IMG/VR virus record: IMGVR_UViG_3300025128_008688 | Strand: one strand, 5' to 3' | Length of the DNA: 64,000 nt | Origin: an uncultured virus (IMG/VR IMGVR_UViG_3300025128_008688) | Lineage: Duplodnaviria; Heunggongvirae; Uroviricota; Caudoviricetes | In this document: in pieces, positions 48,230 through 58,110 of the stretch | Position numbering within the stretch: position 1 is the stretch's first letter | Layout: each line of letters starts with the position of its first letter | Notes under the pieces: model-generated | What the model was told of the DNA's origin: nothing | Database searches by the model: none | Seen by the model: only the letters and a program-made list of their open reading frames with translations | Translations under genes and position numbers: made by a program

Positions 48230-48288
48230 ATATAAATCCTAAATCCTAGTTCTGCTATATTATCCACTCGCCCAATGGCTATCGCTTC

Positions 48289-48342
48289 AAAAATAGCAGT
48301 TTGAGCCACGGAGAATATACTCCGTGACCCTAATCTGCTGTT
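48289..48342 (-). terminator. terminator-like long hairpin after the major tail gene
   Basis: outer stem AATAGCAG/CTGCTGTT, inner stem CACGGAG/CTCCGTG, T5 on the minus strand. Confidence 0.6.
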
Positions 48343-48367
48343 ACAAACTAAGTCTTATTACTATGGA

Positions 48368-49474
48368 TTAACCACCCTTAAGACTTGGAATCCTACCGTT
48401 GCTTGCTCCACTTGGATCAGAGGACATTGTGGTGTCCGCCGAGTGCAAGACCGTGAAATCATTAAATGTTTGATAACTATAAGTAACAGTAGCGTTTCCA
48501 CCACCAGCGTCTCCTCCTCCGTAGCTTACGGAAGCAAGACGATTCTTTGTACCTAAGTCAAGCCCAAGACCTTCGCAAGTTGCGATAGCAATGGTTTGTT
48601 CTGAGGTGTTCTTATAGCCAGAGCATTCTACCGTACTTTTGTCGATAGCATTAATCATGTCACCACGATTTGCTGTTACTTCAAAGTCACATGTGACTTC
48701 TACTGGGAATGTAACTGTCTTAGCGTATGGACGCTTCATGCCAAGTCTGAAGATGTCTTCTCTACCAATATCACAAGAAACAGTAATGCTAGCAAGGTTG
48801 GTATTAGTTCTACCACCTTCAACTTGAAAATTATTGACTGTGCCAATTTCAGTTGGGAACGTAGATCCACCTATCCAGAGTTGCTCTCTTCTTGCTACTC
48901 CAAATTCTCCACTTGGAGTGTCACTGTTGCCACTGAATCCACCTGCAATCGAACCCGGAGTATACGTTATAGCACCTCCAGCGGTATTTGTAGCACCAGC
49001 GCCCCATGCCTTATAGTTTCCTACAAGGGTAACATCTTCTGTGAAATAATCATCCAGAGGGAAGTTGTAACCAACTGAAGAAACCTGCAAGCCTGACATC
49101 TCCACCCAATATGATGGAGCTCCACCAGCTGCATTGTTAGCTTCGTCCCATATACCTAGCTGAACACGGCATTTACCCTGAACTCTTTTTTCGAGTTGAG
49201 GACCAGTGTCCGAAATTTCAGTTTGGTCTTTAGTAGTTGCACAATAAATAGGTTTGTAACCGTCTAAAACTTTAGACATTGTTACTTCAACATCAGGAAC
49301 ACCTTCAATGTTCTCGTAGATAGCGAGCTGCCCGAGCTCAAAAGTTTGTTCTAGATTGAAGGTCGTTGTTATACCAACAGATTGGACGCCATGAATAGCT
49401 TCCATATCGGTACCAGAATTGGTTCCGACTGCGACCTGTTGTATAGCATAATAGATTCTATTATTACCGGCCAT
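48368..49474 (-). CDS. major tail (tube) protein
   Basis: GVQSVGITTTFNLEQTFELGQL; strong RBS, own promoter motif and terminator; position after neck genes. Confidence 0.65.
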   Translation of the reverse strand: MAGNNRIYYAIQQVAVGTNSGTDMEAIHGVQSVGITTTFNLEQTFELGQLAIYENIEGVPDVEVTMSKVLDGYKPIYCATTKDQTEISDTGPQLEKRVQGKCRVQLGIWDEANNAAGGAPSYWVEMSGLQVSSVGYNFPLDDYFTEDVTLVGNYKAWGAGATNTAGGAITYTPGSIAGGFSGNSDTPSGEFGVARREQLWIGGSTFPTEIGTVNNFQVEGGRTNTNLASITVSCDIGREDIFRLGMKRPYAKTVTFPVEVTCDFEVTANRGDMINAIDKSTVECSGYKNTSEQTIAIATCEGLGLDLGTKNRLASVSYGGGDAGGGNATVTYSYQTFNDFTVLHSADTTMSSDPSGASNGRIPSLKGG

Positions 49475-49510
49475 TATAAATCTCCTAAATTAAAAGATAC
49501 GTATCTACTC

Positions 49511-49523
49511 AACAATACACCAT
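49511..49523 (-). promoter_or_regulatory. candidate late promoter motif ATGGTGTATTG
   Basis: GGTGTA core recurs ~36-55 nt upstream of several structural genes. Confidence 0.55.
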
Positions 49524-50486
49524 TTAAGCCATAAATACTTCAAAACTTACCCTTACTGTACCTTGATGTAGTCTCTGGGTAAGAGATTGCATTTCTGTGA
49601 CCGAAATATCGGTAAATCTAGCCTTTTTGTACCTATACTGTTCAGTTTCTACTATGTCATCATAGTTTAATGGAGAAGTGGTTTTCATACCTCTGTAATC
49701 AAGAGGGAATACTCCACTGTCTGCCAAAGTGTTGCTATTATACAGCCATATAGTGCTGTCTTTCTGCAGAGTAAGAATATCAACTATCTGGTTTCTCCAC
49801 CATCTGTCCTCTGCAAGAACGTGGAAGAGCATGTCTTGTTTTATAATTTGGGAAGTATTGCCCATTTGGTAGGGCTGCATCCGTCTACGAGAAACAGTTT
49901 CGACAACAACAGCAGGCATCTGGACTCTATGATTTGCCAGTATTCCCCATGAACCAGAGCCAGAAAGGAGATAACTAGGATCATCTACTCTAAGTGAATC
50001 ATACTGTAACTCGTCCCACCAAGGCGCTTGATCTGCTATGTAAGTCTGAACATTTCTATAACTGTACTCGGCCTGAACTGTGCTGGAGGTTGATATAGCT
50101 GAGTCAAACACCACTCTACCATTAGGATAGTCATAATGGTGTGAAAATGCACCTTCTCCAGTTGTCTTGTAAGAGCTATCCACATAGACTCCTGAAACTT
50201 GAACCGGATTGTATCCTGAATACGAAGTACCTGTTTCCCATACCCAATCCTTTCTTGAAGATTCCCATACTTGACCATCCGTATATGCAGGGTCTTGCAC
50301 TGCTCTCAATCTGTCAAATGTACCTCCCCACGCTCCAGAGGTAGGAATTGTTACATCGGTCCAGCCACCAATACCGAGCATGCCCCAATCTATATACCAT
50401 TTTAGATTCGACTCAAGCTCAGAATTGAGAAGACTATTACCAACTTCTGTTACTTTCTGAAATTTTGTATATGGAGGACAGCTCAT
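49524..50486 (-). CDS. tail completion/terminator-like protein
   Basis: QMPAVVVE..PYQMG..WRNQIVDIL; position just before the tail tube gene. Confidence 0.5.
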   Translation of the reverse strand: MSCPPYTKFQKVTEVGNSLLNSELESNLKWYIDWGMLGIGGWTDVTIPTSGAWGGTFDRLRAVQDPAYTDGQVWESSRKDWVWETGTSYSGYNPVQVSGVYVDSSYKTTGEGAFSHHYDYPNGRVVFDSAISTSSTVQAEYSYRNVQTYIADQAPWWDELQYDSLRVDDPSYLLSGSGSWGILANHRVQMPAVVVETVSRRRMQPYQMGNTSQIIKQDMLFHVLAEDRWWRNQIVDILTLQKDSTIWLYNSNTLADSGVFPLDYRGMKTTSPLNYDDIVETEQYRYKKARFTDISVTEMQSLTQRLHQGTVRVSFEVFMA

Positions 50487-51131
50487 TTAAAGTACCTTTG
50501 TTACTTCCCTTCTTACAATTACATCTATTTCATCTTGTATGTTTTCCAACGCCCTTGTAGCAAAATTATCATTTGCCGTGCCCTGTGCTTGTGCAGGCAC
50601 TTTCCAGCTTGCGTTCTCTCTTTTTACCATGATTCCTCCTTTAGTCCTTCCAAATCTAGAAGGCTTAAACGAGTAACTGTTGACTATAGGGCGGTCTCCT
50701 TCAAGAAGCAACCATCTTAGCCAAGGAAGAGAAACCCCTTTTTCTGTAGTAAAGTCAGCAGCCGGCAATGATAACGCCATACCGTAGTCTTTATCTACAA
50801 AATCAATTATAATACCCCCAAAGTCTGATAATGCTTTTACATAAGTGACTTCAATCGAATCAGCCCACAGCTCAATAATAGACGCGATCCTAGACGCTCC
50901 ATCGGGAAGGCCTAGCTGTACTCTTAAAGGGCCTGAAGCTATAGACTGAACTTCTGGGGCAGTCATTAACCGATCCTGAACTAGTGTCTGGAGAGCAAAC
51001 TCTATTGACTCTGTTATTAGATTCATAGACGACATAAGCCTTTTGCTTATTTCTTTTTTAACGTCTTGCTCAAACTTCTTCTCCCATCCAGATTCTAGCC
51101 TAATTTCAAACATTAATTTGTTCTTCTCCAA
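50487..51131 (-). CDS. neck/tail-completion protein
   Basis: LPWLRWLLLEG..GTANDNFATRA; synteny. Confidence 0.45.
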   Translation of the reverse strand: MEKNKLMFEIRLESGWEKKFEQDVKKEISKRLMSSMNLITESIEFALQTLVQDRLMTAPEVQSIASGPLRVQLGLPDGASRIASIIELWADSIEVTYVKALSDFGGIIIDFVDKDYGMALSLPAADFTTEKGVSLPWLRWLLLEGDRPIVNSYSFKPSRFGRTKGGIMVKRENASWKVPAQAQGTANDNFATRALENIQDEIDVIVRREVTKVL

Positions 51132-51640
51132 TTACAAAAGACGAACTCGTTATTACCAAAGCCTACTGGCTGTGGATCAGATATTCTTTCAAACTTATGA
51201 TGACCATAGTTCGATATATCTATAGATGTCTGAAGCTCCTTAGCTCTTTTTAGCTTAGGTGTCAATTCTTTTTTGGCAATCGTTTGGATTGTGCCGTCAG
51301 GATCATTTACGGAAACGCCCAAGTCCATAAACTGTGAATAATCATATATAACCCCAAGACTCACGTTCTCAGAAGATATAGTTGGCTTCTTACCTTGCCC
51401 GTGACATATAGGGCACATACCACCATTCCTAAAAGGAACAGGGCCTCCATGCTGATATCTATTTGATGATTTTTTGCCTATTGGGTCATACGTACAATTA
51501 ACACAGTCTTCCCATTTGGTAACACCAAAGAAGAGCGTGCACTGAACAGTTAAGGCAGTGTCTTCTAGCAATGATCCGATAGCATTGTTAAACAGACTTT
51601 TCATTTCGTCTGTTATAATTCCGGAAAATGGATTAACCAT
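51113..51640 (-). CDS. head-closure/neck protein with Cys motifs
   Basis: CVNC..CPICHGQG; synteny. Confidence 0.45.
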   Translation of the reverse strand: MVNPFSGIITDEMKSLFNNAIGSLLEDTALTVQCTLFFGVTKWEDCVNCTYDPIGKKSSNRYQHGGPVPFRNGGMCPICHGQGKKPTISSENVSLGVIYDYSQFMDLGVSVNDPDGTIQTIAKKELTPKLKRAKELQTSIDISNYGHHKFERISDPQPVGFGNNEFVFCNWRRTN

Positions 51641-51650
51641 TGTTTACCTC

Positions 51651-51863
51651 TTAACTAGTGCAAGGAGGGCAACCTGTGAACATGTTTTCGTAAGTAGCAT
51701 TTATAGTTCCAGTAGTAGGAACAGAAGCCATTGTATCGTCTAAAGCTCCCCTTATAACATAATTGCTTGTACCCGCATCCGCAGGGGCTCCTTTTGGACT
51801 TTGTACAACAATACTGCCGTTTTGGATAGGATTAGAACCGTCAACCTTATCTACTATAGCCAT
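51651..51863 (-). CDS. small hypothetical protein
   Basis: 70 aa, AAGGT RBS. Confidence 0.5.
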   Translation of the reverse strand: MAIVDKVDGSNPIQNGSIVVQSPKGAPADAGTSNYVIRGALDDTMASVPTTGTINATYENMFTGCPPCTS

Positions 51864-51888
51864 TTTTATTTACCTTTATAAATTATTG

Positions 51889-52416
51889 TTAATCTCTTCC
51901 AATCTGAGGTGGTACATTACTACCGCCAGCATGACTCGTAGGGTCATAGTCGTTAGAGACAAATGGACTCATTAAGACCCTTATTATCTGCTTGCCTTTA
52001 TAACTAAAGTTATACTCATTTTTTAGTTCCTCGTATGTTTGACAAGGGCCTAAATTCAGTAACGCTCCGAGCTGCACACCATAACTACTAGTCTGTAAAG
52101 ATGCCGGCCCAAGTCTAGCAGTAACACCTTGAAGAAGTGCTCTAGTTCTAAAGTTACCTGTATCAGCCATGCAAGCCGCCTTAAGAACAACCAGAGATAT
52201 AAAATCAATCCCGTCTAAGGATACAGTAGCAGGATCTGGAGTGACTGTTTCTAGTGTCACGTCTACAGTATAATCTGTAGCGAAATTTACTTCTACAGGC
52301 AGAAAGTATGCAGAAGTTGATAGTAGACTATTAAGTCTCGAATCCGTATACGTAGAACTAGAAGGGTCGTTAAGCATAGTTCTAAGCATAGTTCTTCCAA
52401 TTGTCTTCCAGCTCAT
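51889..52416 (-). CDS. head-tail adaptor-like protein
   Basis: RTMLNDPSSSTYTDSRL N-terminus typical of adaptors; directly after the capsid gene. Confidence 0.5.
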   Translation of the reverse strand: MSWKTIGRTMLRTMLNDPSSSTYTDSRLNSLLSTSAYFLPVEVNFATDYTVDVTLETVTPDPATVSLDGIDFISLVVLKAACMADTGNFRTRALLQGVTARLGPASLQTSSYGVQLGALLNLGPCQTYEELKNEYNFSYKGKQIIRVLMSPFVSNDYDPTSHAGGSNVPPQIGRD

Positions 52417-52450
52417 ATTTGTCTCCTATAAAATAAAATGTTCTTCTAAA

Positions 52451-52462
52451 ACAATATACACC
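52451..52462 (-). promoter_or_regulatory. candidate late promoter motif GGTGTATATTG
   Basis: same core, directly after the capsid terminator T run. Confidence 0.55.
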
Positions 52463-52512
52463 AAAAAAAAGAGCCGCCTTAAGCAACCAATGGTCACAAA
52501 AAGCGGCTTTTT
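52463..52512 (-). terminator. terminator after the major capsid gene
   Basis: AGCCGC/GCGGCT stem (large loop) flanked by A8 and T runs. Confidence 0.6.
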
Positions 52513-52529
52513 GTTAGAAAAGATATATC

Positions 52530-53546
52530 TTAGAACGCGCCCAAGATTACTCTTCTATTGTCAAGAGCAGCAAAACCTTGCTCAGCCCAACCGTAGAAAC
52601 CAGCTCTTTTCTGACGATGCAATGTATCATCTTCAAAGATCTGAACTTCCTGTCGGATTGGCATAACAAAACTATCTTGATTTCTTTGATCAAGACCTAC
52701 AACGAACTGTTTCTTAGCTACTCCGGGATTCGGAAGTGTAGCCGTGAGGTCGTTCAGTAGGTAGTTCTGATATTCCTGACCTTCTCCGAGCTCATCAAGA
52801 GTATGAATGTTTACTTGGAAGATCCGACTCAAGAGTCCGCCTTCACGAGTAATCAATTCTCTTCTTGTGATATCATCGACTTCATCTACGCCCCAGTTTC
52901 TGATGTCTTCGACACCTTCTGGACTGATGTAGAGGTCAGTTAGTTCCCCTCGGTTAACCGAGGTGCTATTGCCGCCACCATTTCTTCTAACGATGGTTTT
53001 TAGCAAAGATACAAGTCTCTTAGAGAAGTATCCTGCCGATGCATCTGGATCATACACAGTGATATTACGATTTCTAGCTGCAGCCAGAATTGTATGCCAG
53101 CCATCGTCGTTCATCTTTTTGACAAACTGCGATTGCATAACATCCATTGCTCTGCCAACAACATCCCATCTTGCGTCCCTAGCATACTTAAGCAAGTAGT
53201 CAATTGAAGCGCCAACGTCATAAGTTGGGACCATTACATAGTCACCTTCTACATGTCGTTCTGGAATACGTCCGTGATTAGGGATGGTATAAGCGACAAA
53301 TTCTTTCTCAGTTCCGGGAGCAATGAAATCCAACGGGAATTCAGTACTAGCACCGGGCGCAAGGCGAATAGGTTCGAAAATACCATCGAGAATATCACCA
53401 CTTAAGACTCCTTTTCGGAGAGGAAGCTCTAGTGCTTTCGCAAGTTCAGCGGTTGCGCTTAGAGACTCTTCTCTGACCAATGAACCTGCTTGACGCAGTA
53501 GTTCATTCATCTCTGGAGTCGGTTCGAATAACTTTCTTGTAGTCAT
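52530..53546 (-). CDS. major capsid protein (HK97-like fold)
   Basis: 338 aa, downstream of protease and cement genes; C-terminal GFYGWAEQGFAALDNRRVILG; followed by a terminator. Confidence 0.8.
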   Translation of the reverse strand: MTTRKLFEPTPEMNELLRQAGSLVREESLSATAELAKALELPLRKGVLSGDILDGIFEPIRLAPGASTEFPLDFIAPGTEKEFVAYTIPNHGRIPERHVEGDYVMVPTYDVGASIDYLLKYARDARWDVVGRAMDVMQSQFVKKMNDDGWHTILAAARNRNITVYDPDASAGYFSKRLVSLLKTIVRRNGGGNSTSVNRGELTDLYISPEGVEDIRNWGVDEVDDITRRELITREGGLLSRIFQVNIHTLDELGEGQEYQNYLLNDLTATLPNPGVAKKQFVVGLDQRNQDSFVMPIRQEVQIFEDDTLHRQKRAGFYGWAEQGFAALDNRRVILGAF

Positions 53547-53564
53547 TTCTAATCTATCTCCTAT

Positions 53565-54029
53565 TTAAACGATGTTAATTTCGACTTTAACATACCCGTC
53601 TGCATCTTTAACAGAAAGGAATCTACCGATTTGAGTGGCGCCAGTATCTTGGTCAGGGGTAATAAGCCCGTTGGCCATAGGATAGGCTGGTGTGCCCGCA
53701 GCGATAGTGGCGGAAGGAGATCCTTCTACCATGTTAGTAACAACTGTACCACGACGAAGCAATAGGACTTTACCGCCCTTTTGAACTTCATCTTTGTGGA
53801 AATTAATGTGTTGACGAGTTAGATCAAGGTTAACTACGTCATTCAGTAACAGACCAGCAGGTAAATCACCGGAGCCCCCAGTGGCAACAATAACGGCAGC
53901 ATTGCTATCGTCCATTGAGGCCCCAGAGCCAGCAGTGCTGTGGGTTACAACAACCCCTCTTTCACCTGTTTCGTTCATGAAAAAGCTGAGATCTGTTAGA
54001 TGTTCAACTCTATCTGGTTTAAGTGCCAT
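53565..54029 (-). CDS. capsid cement/decoration protein
   Basis: 154 aa between scaffold and MCP; GTVVTN..AGTPAY..GRFLS..DADGYVKVEINI. Confidence 0.6.
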   Translation of the reverse strand: MALKPDRVEHLTDLSFFMNETGERGVVVTHSTAGSGASMDDSNAAVIVATGGSGDLPAGLLLNDVVNLDLTRQHINFHKDEVQKGGKVLLLRRGTVVTNMVEGSPSATIAAGTPAYPMANGLITPDQDTGATQIGRFLSVKDADGYVKVEINIV

Positions 54030-54043
54030 TTAAGTTCTCCCTC

Positions 54044-55657
54044 TTAATCTTCTGAGTTTAAAACATACGAATTCACCCAGCTCTGTAGGCCTGCACGAAC
54101 CGTCTCTGTTCCATCTTCAATATCGTCAGAAGGAACTGCTAAGTCCACTTCTTCTTCAACTGAAGCTGTCTCTAAGACTTCTTCATCAACCTCTTCGCTC
54201 GCTTCAGATTCTTCGACCTCTTTCTTCTTTTTCTTTTTGTCTTTATCGTCATGATATTTCATGCCGGACTCCAAGTTTTCTTCGGTCTCAGTTTCTTCAG
54301 CTTCGGTGGTAAAAGAATCGCTAGCTTCGTCAGCTTCTGAAACCGTTTTCAGTGCTGCAATAGTGCTAACAATATCTTGAAACTGTTCATCTGAAAGGGA
54401 AGCAAAAGTTTCCAGCTTAGAATCTACTTCATCTTCACTGATACCAGCTTCAATGAGACTAGATGCTCTGCTTTGTCTTTTCTTTTCCTCTTCCAAACTT
54501 GCGATAGCGTCTTCAGCTATCTTACGTGCTTCTGCCTCTTCAGCAACTTTAGACAACAAGTCTTCTTTCGCTGTATTGGCTTCTTCTAGATCAGCTTGAG
54601 CCGATGCTAAAGATTCAGAAAGAGCTTCAACTGTCTGATTAAGTTCAGCCAGCTCGCCTTCCATCTTCTCAACATTGGCATTTGAGAGTTTACTCAAAAG
54701 CTCTTTGTTTTCTTCTTGAACAGAAGAAAGAGCTTCCTTTAACTCCCTTACCTGATCATTTAAAAAGTCGTTGGACATAAGATTCTTCTCCTCTTGTGGT
54801 TCCACTTTAGAAAGAATTTCTTTTTCTACTTTAGATGATACACCATTTTGTTTAGAAAACAGGTTTTTTGCAACAGAAGCTCCAGCAAAATCAAAGATAT
54901 GACCACGATCAAAAATGACACTATCCGGATTAGCGGGCTTTTCAACAAAGCCTTTACCCGAGAAGGTGATATTTCTAAGCAGTCTACCTACCTTGTGACC
55001 TTGGTACTCACCAGTACCTCCATACGCTCTTAAATGTCTTGATAAGAACGAGGTGTCTTCACTTCTAGCTATTATCTTATTCTCTTCGCTAGGTGTTCTA
55101 ACAGCATAATCAAAGCCTCTAAAGATACACTCCATAGAGACAAACATATTCCCTTCTTCTATTTTTCTTATTAAGTCCTCTGCTCTAGCTTTATATTCAG
55201 GATCTTGCCACTGTCTGTATATAACAGAAGAAACCAGTATATGGTAATTGTCTGGTAGCTCATTGGCTTCTGTTGTTTCATTGATAAGTTTAAACTCATC
55301 ATCAACAGCCCAGCTACCTATAATTCCACCTACTATCTTTTTTTCGTCGTGCTCTAAATTTGCCGGTTTGAATTTAGGAGTATTCTTTGCTTCCCAAATT
55401 TCACCTTTTGCAAAAACGTCATCATTTCTATTCCAAGAAGAAGTAACTAAAATAGAAAAGGTGTGATAAATATCTAAATCTTTTACCCCACCTTGAGCTA
55501 GCATATCTGACATCTTCAGCTTACATGAATTAAGTACTGAAGGTTTGAAGCTATCTGGCTCAAAAAGAGGCGATGCATAAGCTATGGAAGCTTGACTCTT
55601 TATTAGGTCACCTATTCCATCTGCTATCTCTGATTTGTATATTGCAATTTTGCTCAT
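54044..55657 (-). CDS. prohead protease fused to scaffold
   Basis: NRNDDVF, NLEHD, VSMEC, FSGKGFVEKPAN, followed by an acidic coiled-coil. Confidence 0.8.
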   Translation of the reverse strand: MSKIAIYKSEIADGIGDLIKSQASIAYASPLFEPDSFKPSVLNSCKLKMSDMLAQGGVKDLDIYHTFSILVTSSWNRNDDVFAKGEIWEAKNTPKFKPANLEHDEKKIVGGIIGSWAVDDEFKLINETTEANELPDNYHILVSSVIYRQWQDPEYKARAEDLIRKIEEGNMFVSMECIFRGFDYAVRTPSEENKIIARSEDTSFLSRHLRAYGGTGEYQGHKVGRLLRNITFSGKGFVEKPANPDSVIFDRGHIFDFAGASVAKNLFSKQNGVSSKVEKEILSKVEPQEEKNLMSNDFLNDQVRELKEALSSVQEENKELLSKLSNANVEKMEGELAELNQTVEALSESLASAQADLEEANTAKEDLLSKVAEEAEARKIAEDAIASLEEEKKRQSRASSLIEAGISEDEVDSKLETFASLSDEQFQDIVSTIAALKTVSEADEASDSFTTEAEETETEENLESGMKYHDDKDKKKKKKEVEESEASEEVDEEVLETASVEEEVDLAVPSDDIEDGTETVRAGLQSWVNSYVLNSED

Positions 55658-55661
55658 TCAA

Positions 55662-55847
55662 TTATCTCCAAAAAGGAGGTTTTGGTTGTTCATTATTCTC
55701 AGCTGGTGCTTCGGCTGGTGCTTCCTCTGCCGACTCGTTAACAGGCGGAGCCTCAGGAGCTGGAGCTGGAGGTGAATCATTGCCACAATCAACACAATCA
55801 TCCGGGTCCGGGTATGTGTCCGGGGTAAGCTTTCTTACTACCGTCAT
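55662..55847 (-). CDS. small Pro/Ala/Glu-rich protein
   Basis: 61 aa, strong AAGGAG RBS, promoter motif upstream. Confidence 0.5.
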   Translation of the reverse strand: MTVVRKLTPDTYPDPDDCVDCGNDSPPAPAPEAPPVNESAEEAPAEAPAENNEQPKPPFWR

Positions 55848-55876
55848 TTTTCTCTCCTTATAAAAAGTTTCGTCTA

Positions 55877-55890
55877 ATTAAATACACCAT
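55877..55890 (-). promoter_or_regulatory. candidate late promoter motif ATGGTGTATTTAAT
   Basis: TAA-ATGGTGTATT is identical to the copy at 49514-49526. Confidence 0.55.
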
Positions 55891-58050
55891 TTACTGGTTT
55901 TCTTTAAAGTTGGCATAGAAAGAAGCCTTCAGGCTTCTGATCTCTTCGATAGTTAGGCGTCTATCAGCATCTTTTGATGCTTGGAATATCCAAGATTCAC
56001 ATTCTTTGTGAACAGAGCGAGCAATAGGGTCTGAGTTTATTGCTTCAGCTATTTGTTCGGCGCCAACTTCACAGTTGTAGTCTAAGTTACAGAGTATCTC
56101 GAATTTTAGCCTTTCAGCCATCGACTTCTCATCCCTACTTAAACTTCTAATATTCTTTTTATCAAACTGCTCTAGTATTGCAGGTTTCATAAATGCCGAT
56201 ATCTTTTCCTGCGCTGACTTTGCCCATATCTCAATAGAGGCCTTCAGTGCAGGTTTAAACTGCCTTCGTTCTCTAGGAACAGAGTCTCGGGAATTCATAG
56301 GTCTACCTTGCGGTTCAGGAGAAGGAGCATCTGGTTCTGGCAACTTGGGGTTTTTAGAGTCTTTCTTTCTAAGCTCTAGAGCGCTCTTTTCTCCGTTTCT
56401 CTTATTCTTTAGATCAAGACCAACCTCAGAAGGAGAGGCAACTCCTGTCTGCAGTGCTATCTTCTCAAGGCTATGCTGCTTGTCAACTGAATGATATGGA
56501 CTTACTTTTTCCGACATAGAACCTCTTTGCCTCTTAGCGCCTTCTTTGTTTAGTCTATTCTGCTCAACAGTAGGTTTAGCTTTAACATTTCTTTGAACAA
56601 ACTCATCACTGATAATATTTCTGTCAGCCAAGTTTATTAACAACTGCGTCATTGAAGCTGGATCTTCTAGATACATAAAATCAAACTCTATCTGTGCCGG
56701 AGCTCTAAATCCCATTGCTGCCTGCACTAACTTAATTTGATGGTTCCAAAATTCTACCAATATTTCACGAACATAATTAAGTCTTTCAGTAAGCGTTTTC
56801 AACGAGATAAAGTTATTCGTAGTACCGCTAGCCCCAAATGTCCCAGTCAGTGTCGGAGGTATTCCTAAGCATGAGTAGATAGACATTAGAGTGGGTCGGT
56901 ATTTTTCGTCGCCCAAAAATCTCTGAACGTCCGATCCTGTCTCTAGTAGTTCAATATCAGGACCCCAAACGATATCCATTGTCCCACCACCAACATTAGA
57001 ACCAAGTATACTACTTAACGCACTAGCGGCATTAGCTGTAGGCGCAAGCTTATGTTCTAAGTTACCTAGCTTCCATACTCTTATCTTGTTTACAGCTCCA
57101 TCAAGAGCAGCTTTATCAGCAAGTTTGAGCTTTTCATAAAGAATAAGGTCATCAAAGCAAGCGTATGTCATAGGATCAGCCCACTGCTGCCAATCATCCT
57201 TCTTGTAGTGATACACAAAGGTTTTCTCAGGAGGTAGTATAATAGACTTATTCGGCTGATTAATAAGATTTCTAAGTTCGGAGGGGATGCTATCAAGTAT
57301 AGCTCTATCGTCCTTGTTCGGGCTTTTATTAAGCTGATCTATATATCTCTTCAGGGTAGGAGGAAGCTTTATTTTGTATCTCTTTACTCCGGTAAGACTA
57401 GAAACAGGGCCTCCAACAACGTCTATATTCAATGGATCAAGAAAGATATACTGCCAAGGTATCTCGTTCTTTGAGAACCCATTGCTTTTTATAACGGCAG
57501 TCATATCTGCACCAGCAACAGAACGTTGCATCTCATCTCTTTTCTTTCTGTTTATCTTTGCAGTTTTCATTCTTACAGGAACATTTGCTTCTCTAAACAG
57601 CAGATTGCAGAATCTCTCTGAAACGAACTTGCCTTTGCATCTAGTGAACCAGTCGTTATAGAATCTTTCTATTCTAGGACTAGAATGAACAAGCCTAACA
57701 CCCTGACATGCAAAGTCTCCCATGAGGTCGATTGCATTTCTTATTAAACCTATTCTTCTGTAAGCTCTTCTAGCAAAAGCCATAATCTCTTTGCTTTTCT
57801 GAGGAACTGCCTCAGTGGGGCGATAGGCATCGTAATCACTACCTCTAAGTCCGGGTCTTCCGCTTTGATAAGTAGTCAGCCCTGAGAAGTCTCTAGACCT
57901 TGAACCTAATGCAGCGCTAGCGAACTCTGGTATTGCTGAACTATAAGCCTGTATAGCCTCTCTACGTTCTGCAGCGTCTTCTGAAGCCCAACTTACATAG
58001 GACTCGCCTTCTGGTAAAATCGAACTTTTAGGGTATCTTTTGTCAACCAA
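55891..58050 (-). CDS. portal protein
   Basis: between terminase and protease; IRNAIDLMGDF, LGIPPTL; start moved to TTG at 58050 because GGAG lies 9 nt upstream. Confidence 0.75.
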   Translation of the reverse strand: MVDKRYPKSSILPEGESYVSWASEDAAERREAIQAYSSAIPEFASAALGSRSRDFSGLTTYQSGRPGLRGSDYDAYRPTEAVPQKSKEIMAFARRAYRRIGLIRNAIDLMGDFACQGVRLVHSSPRIERFYNDWFTRCKGKFVSERFCNLLFREANVPVRMKTAKINRKKRDEMQRSVAGADMTAVIKSNGFSKNEIPWQYIFLDPLNIDVVGGPVSSLTGVKRYKIKLPPTLKRYIDQLNKSPNKDDRAILDSIPSELRNLINQPNKSIILPPEKTFVYHYKKDDWQQWADPMTYACFDDLILYEKLKLADKAALDGAVNKIRVWKLGNLEHKLAPTANAASALSSILGSNVGGGTMDIVWGPDIELLETGSDVQRFLGDEKYRPTLMSIYSCLGIPPTLTGTFGASGTTNNFISLKTLTERLNYVREILVEFWNHQIKLVQAAMGFRAPAQIEFDFMYLEDPASMTQLLINLADRNIISDEFVQRNVKAKPTVEQNRLNKEGAKRQRGSMSEKVSPYHSVDKQHSLEKIALQTGVASPSEVGLDLKNKRNGEKSALELRKKDSKNPKLPEPDAPSPEPQGRPMNSRDSVPRERRQFKPALKASIEIWAKSAQEKISAFMKPAILEQFDKKNIRSLSRDEKSMAERLKFEILCNLDYNCEVGAEQIAEAINSDPIARSVHKECESWIFQASKDADRRLTIEEIRSLKASFYANFKENQ

Positions 58051-58094
58051 CTGTAAGCACTCCAATAGGTATTAAAATTATAGTAATGACTATT

Positions 58095-58108
58095 AACATT
58101 TACACCAA
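58095..58108 (-). promoter_or_regulatory. candidate late promoter motif TTGGTGTAAATGTT
   Basis: same GGTGTA core upstream of the portal gene. Confidence 0.5.
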
Positions 58109-58110
58109 TA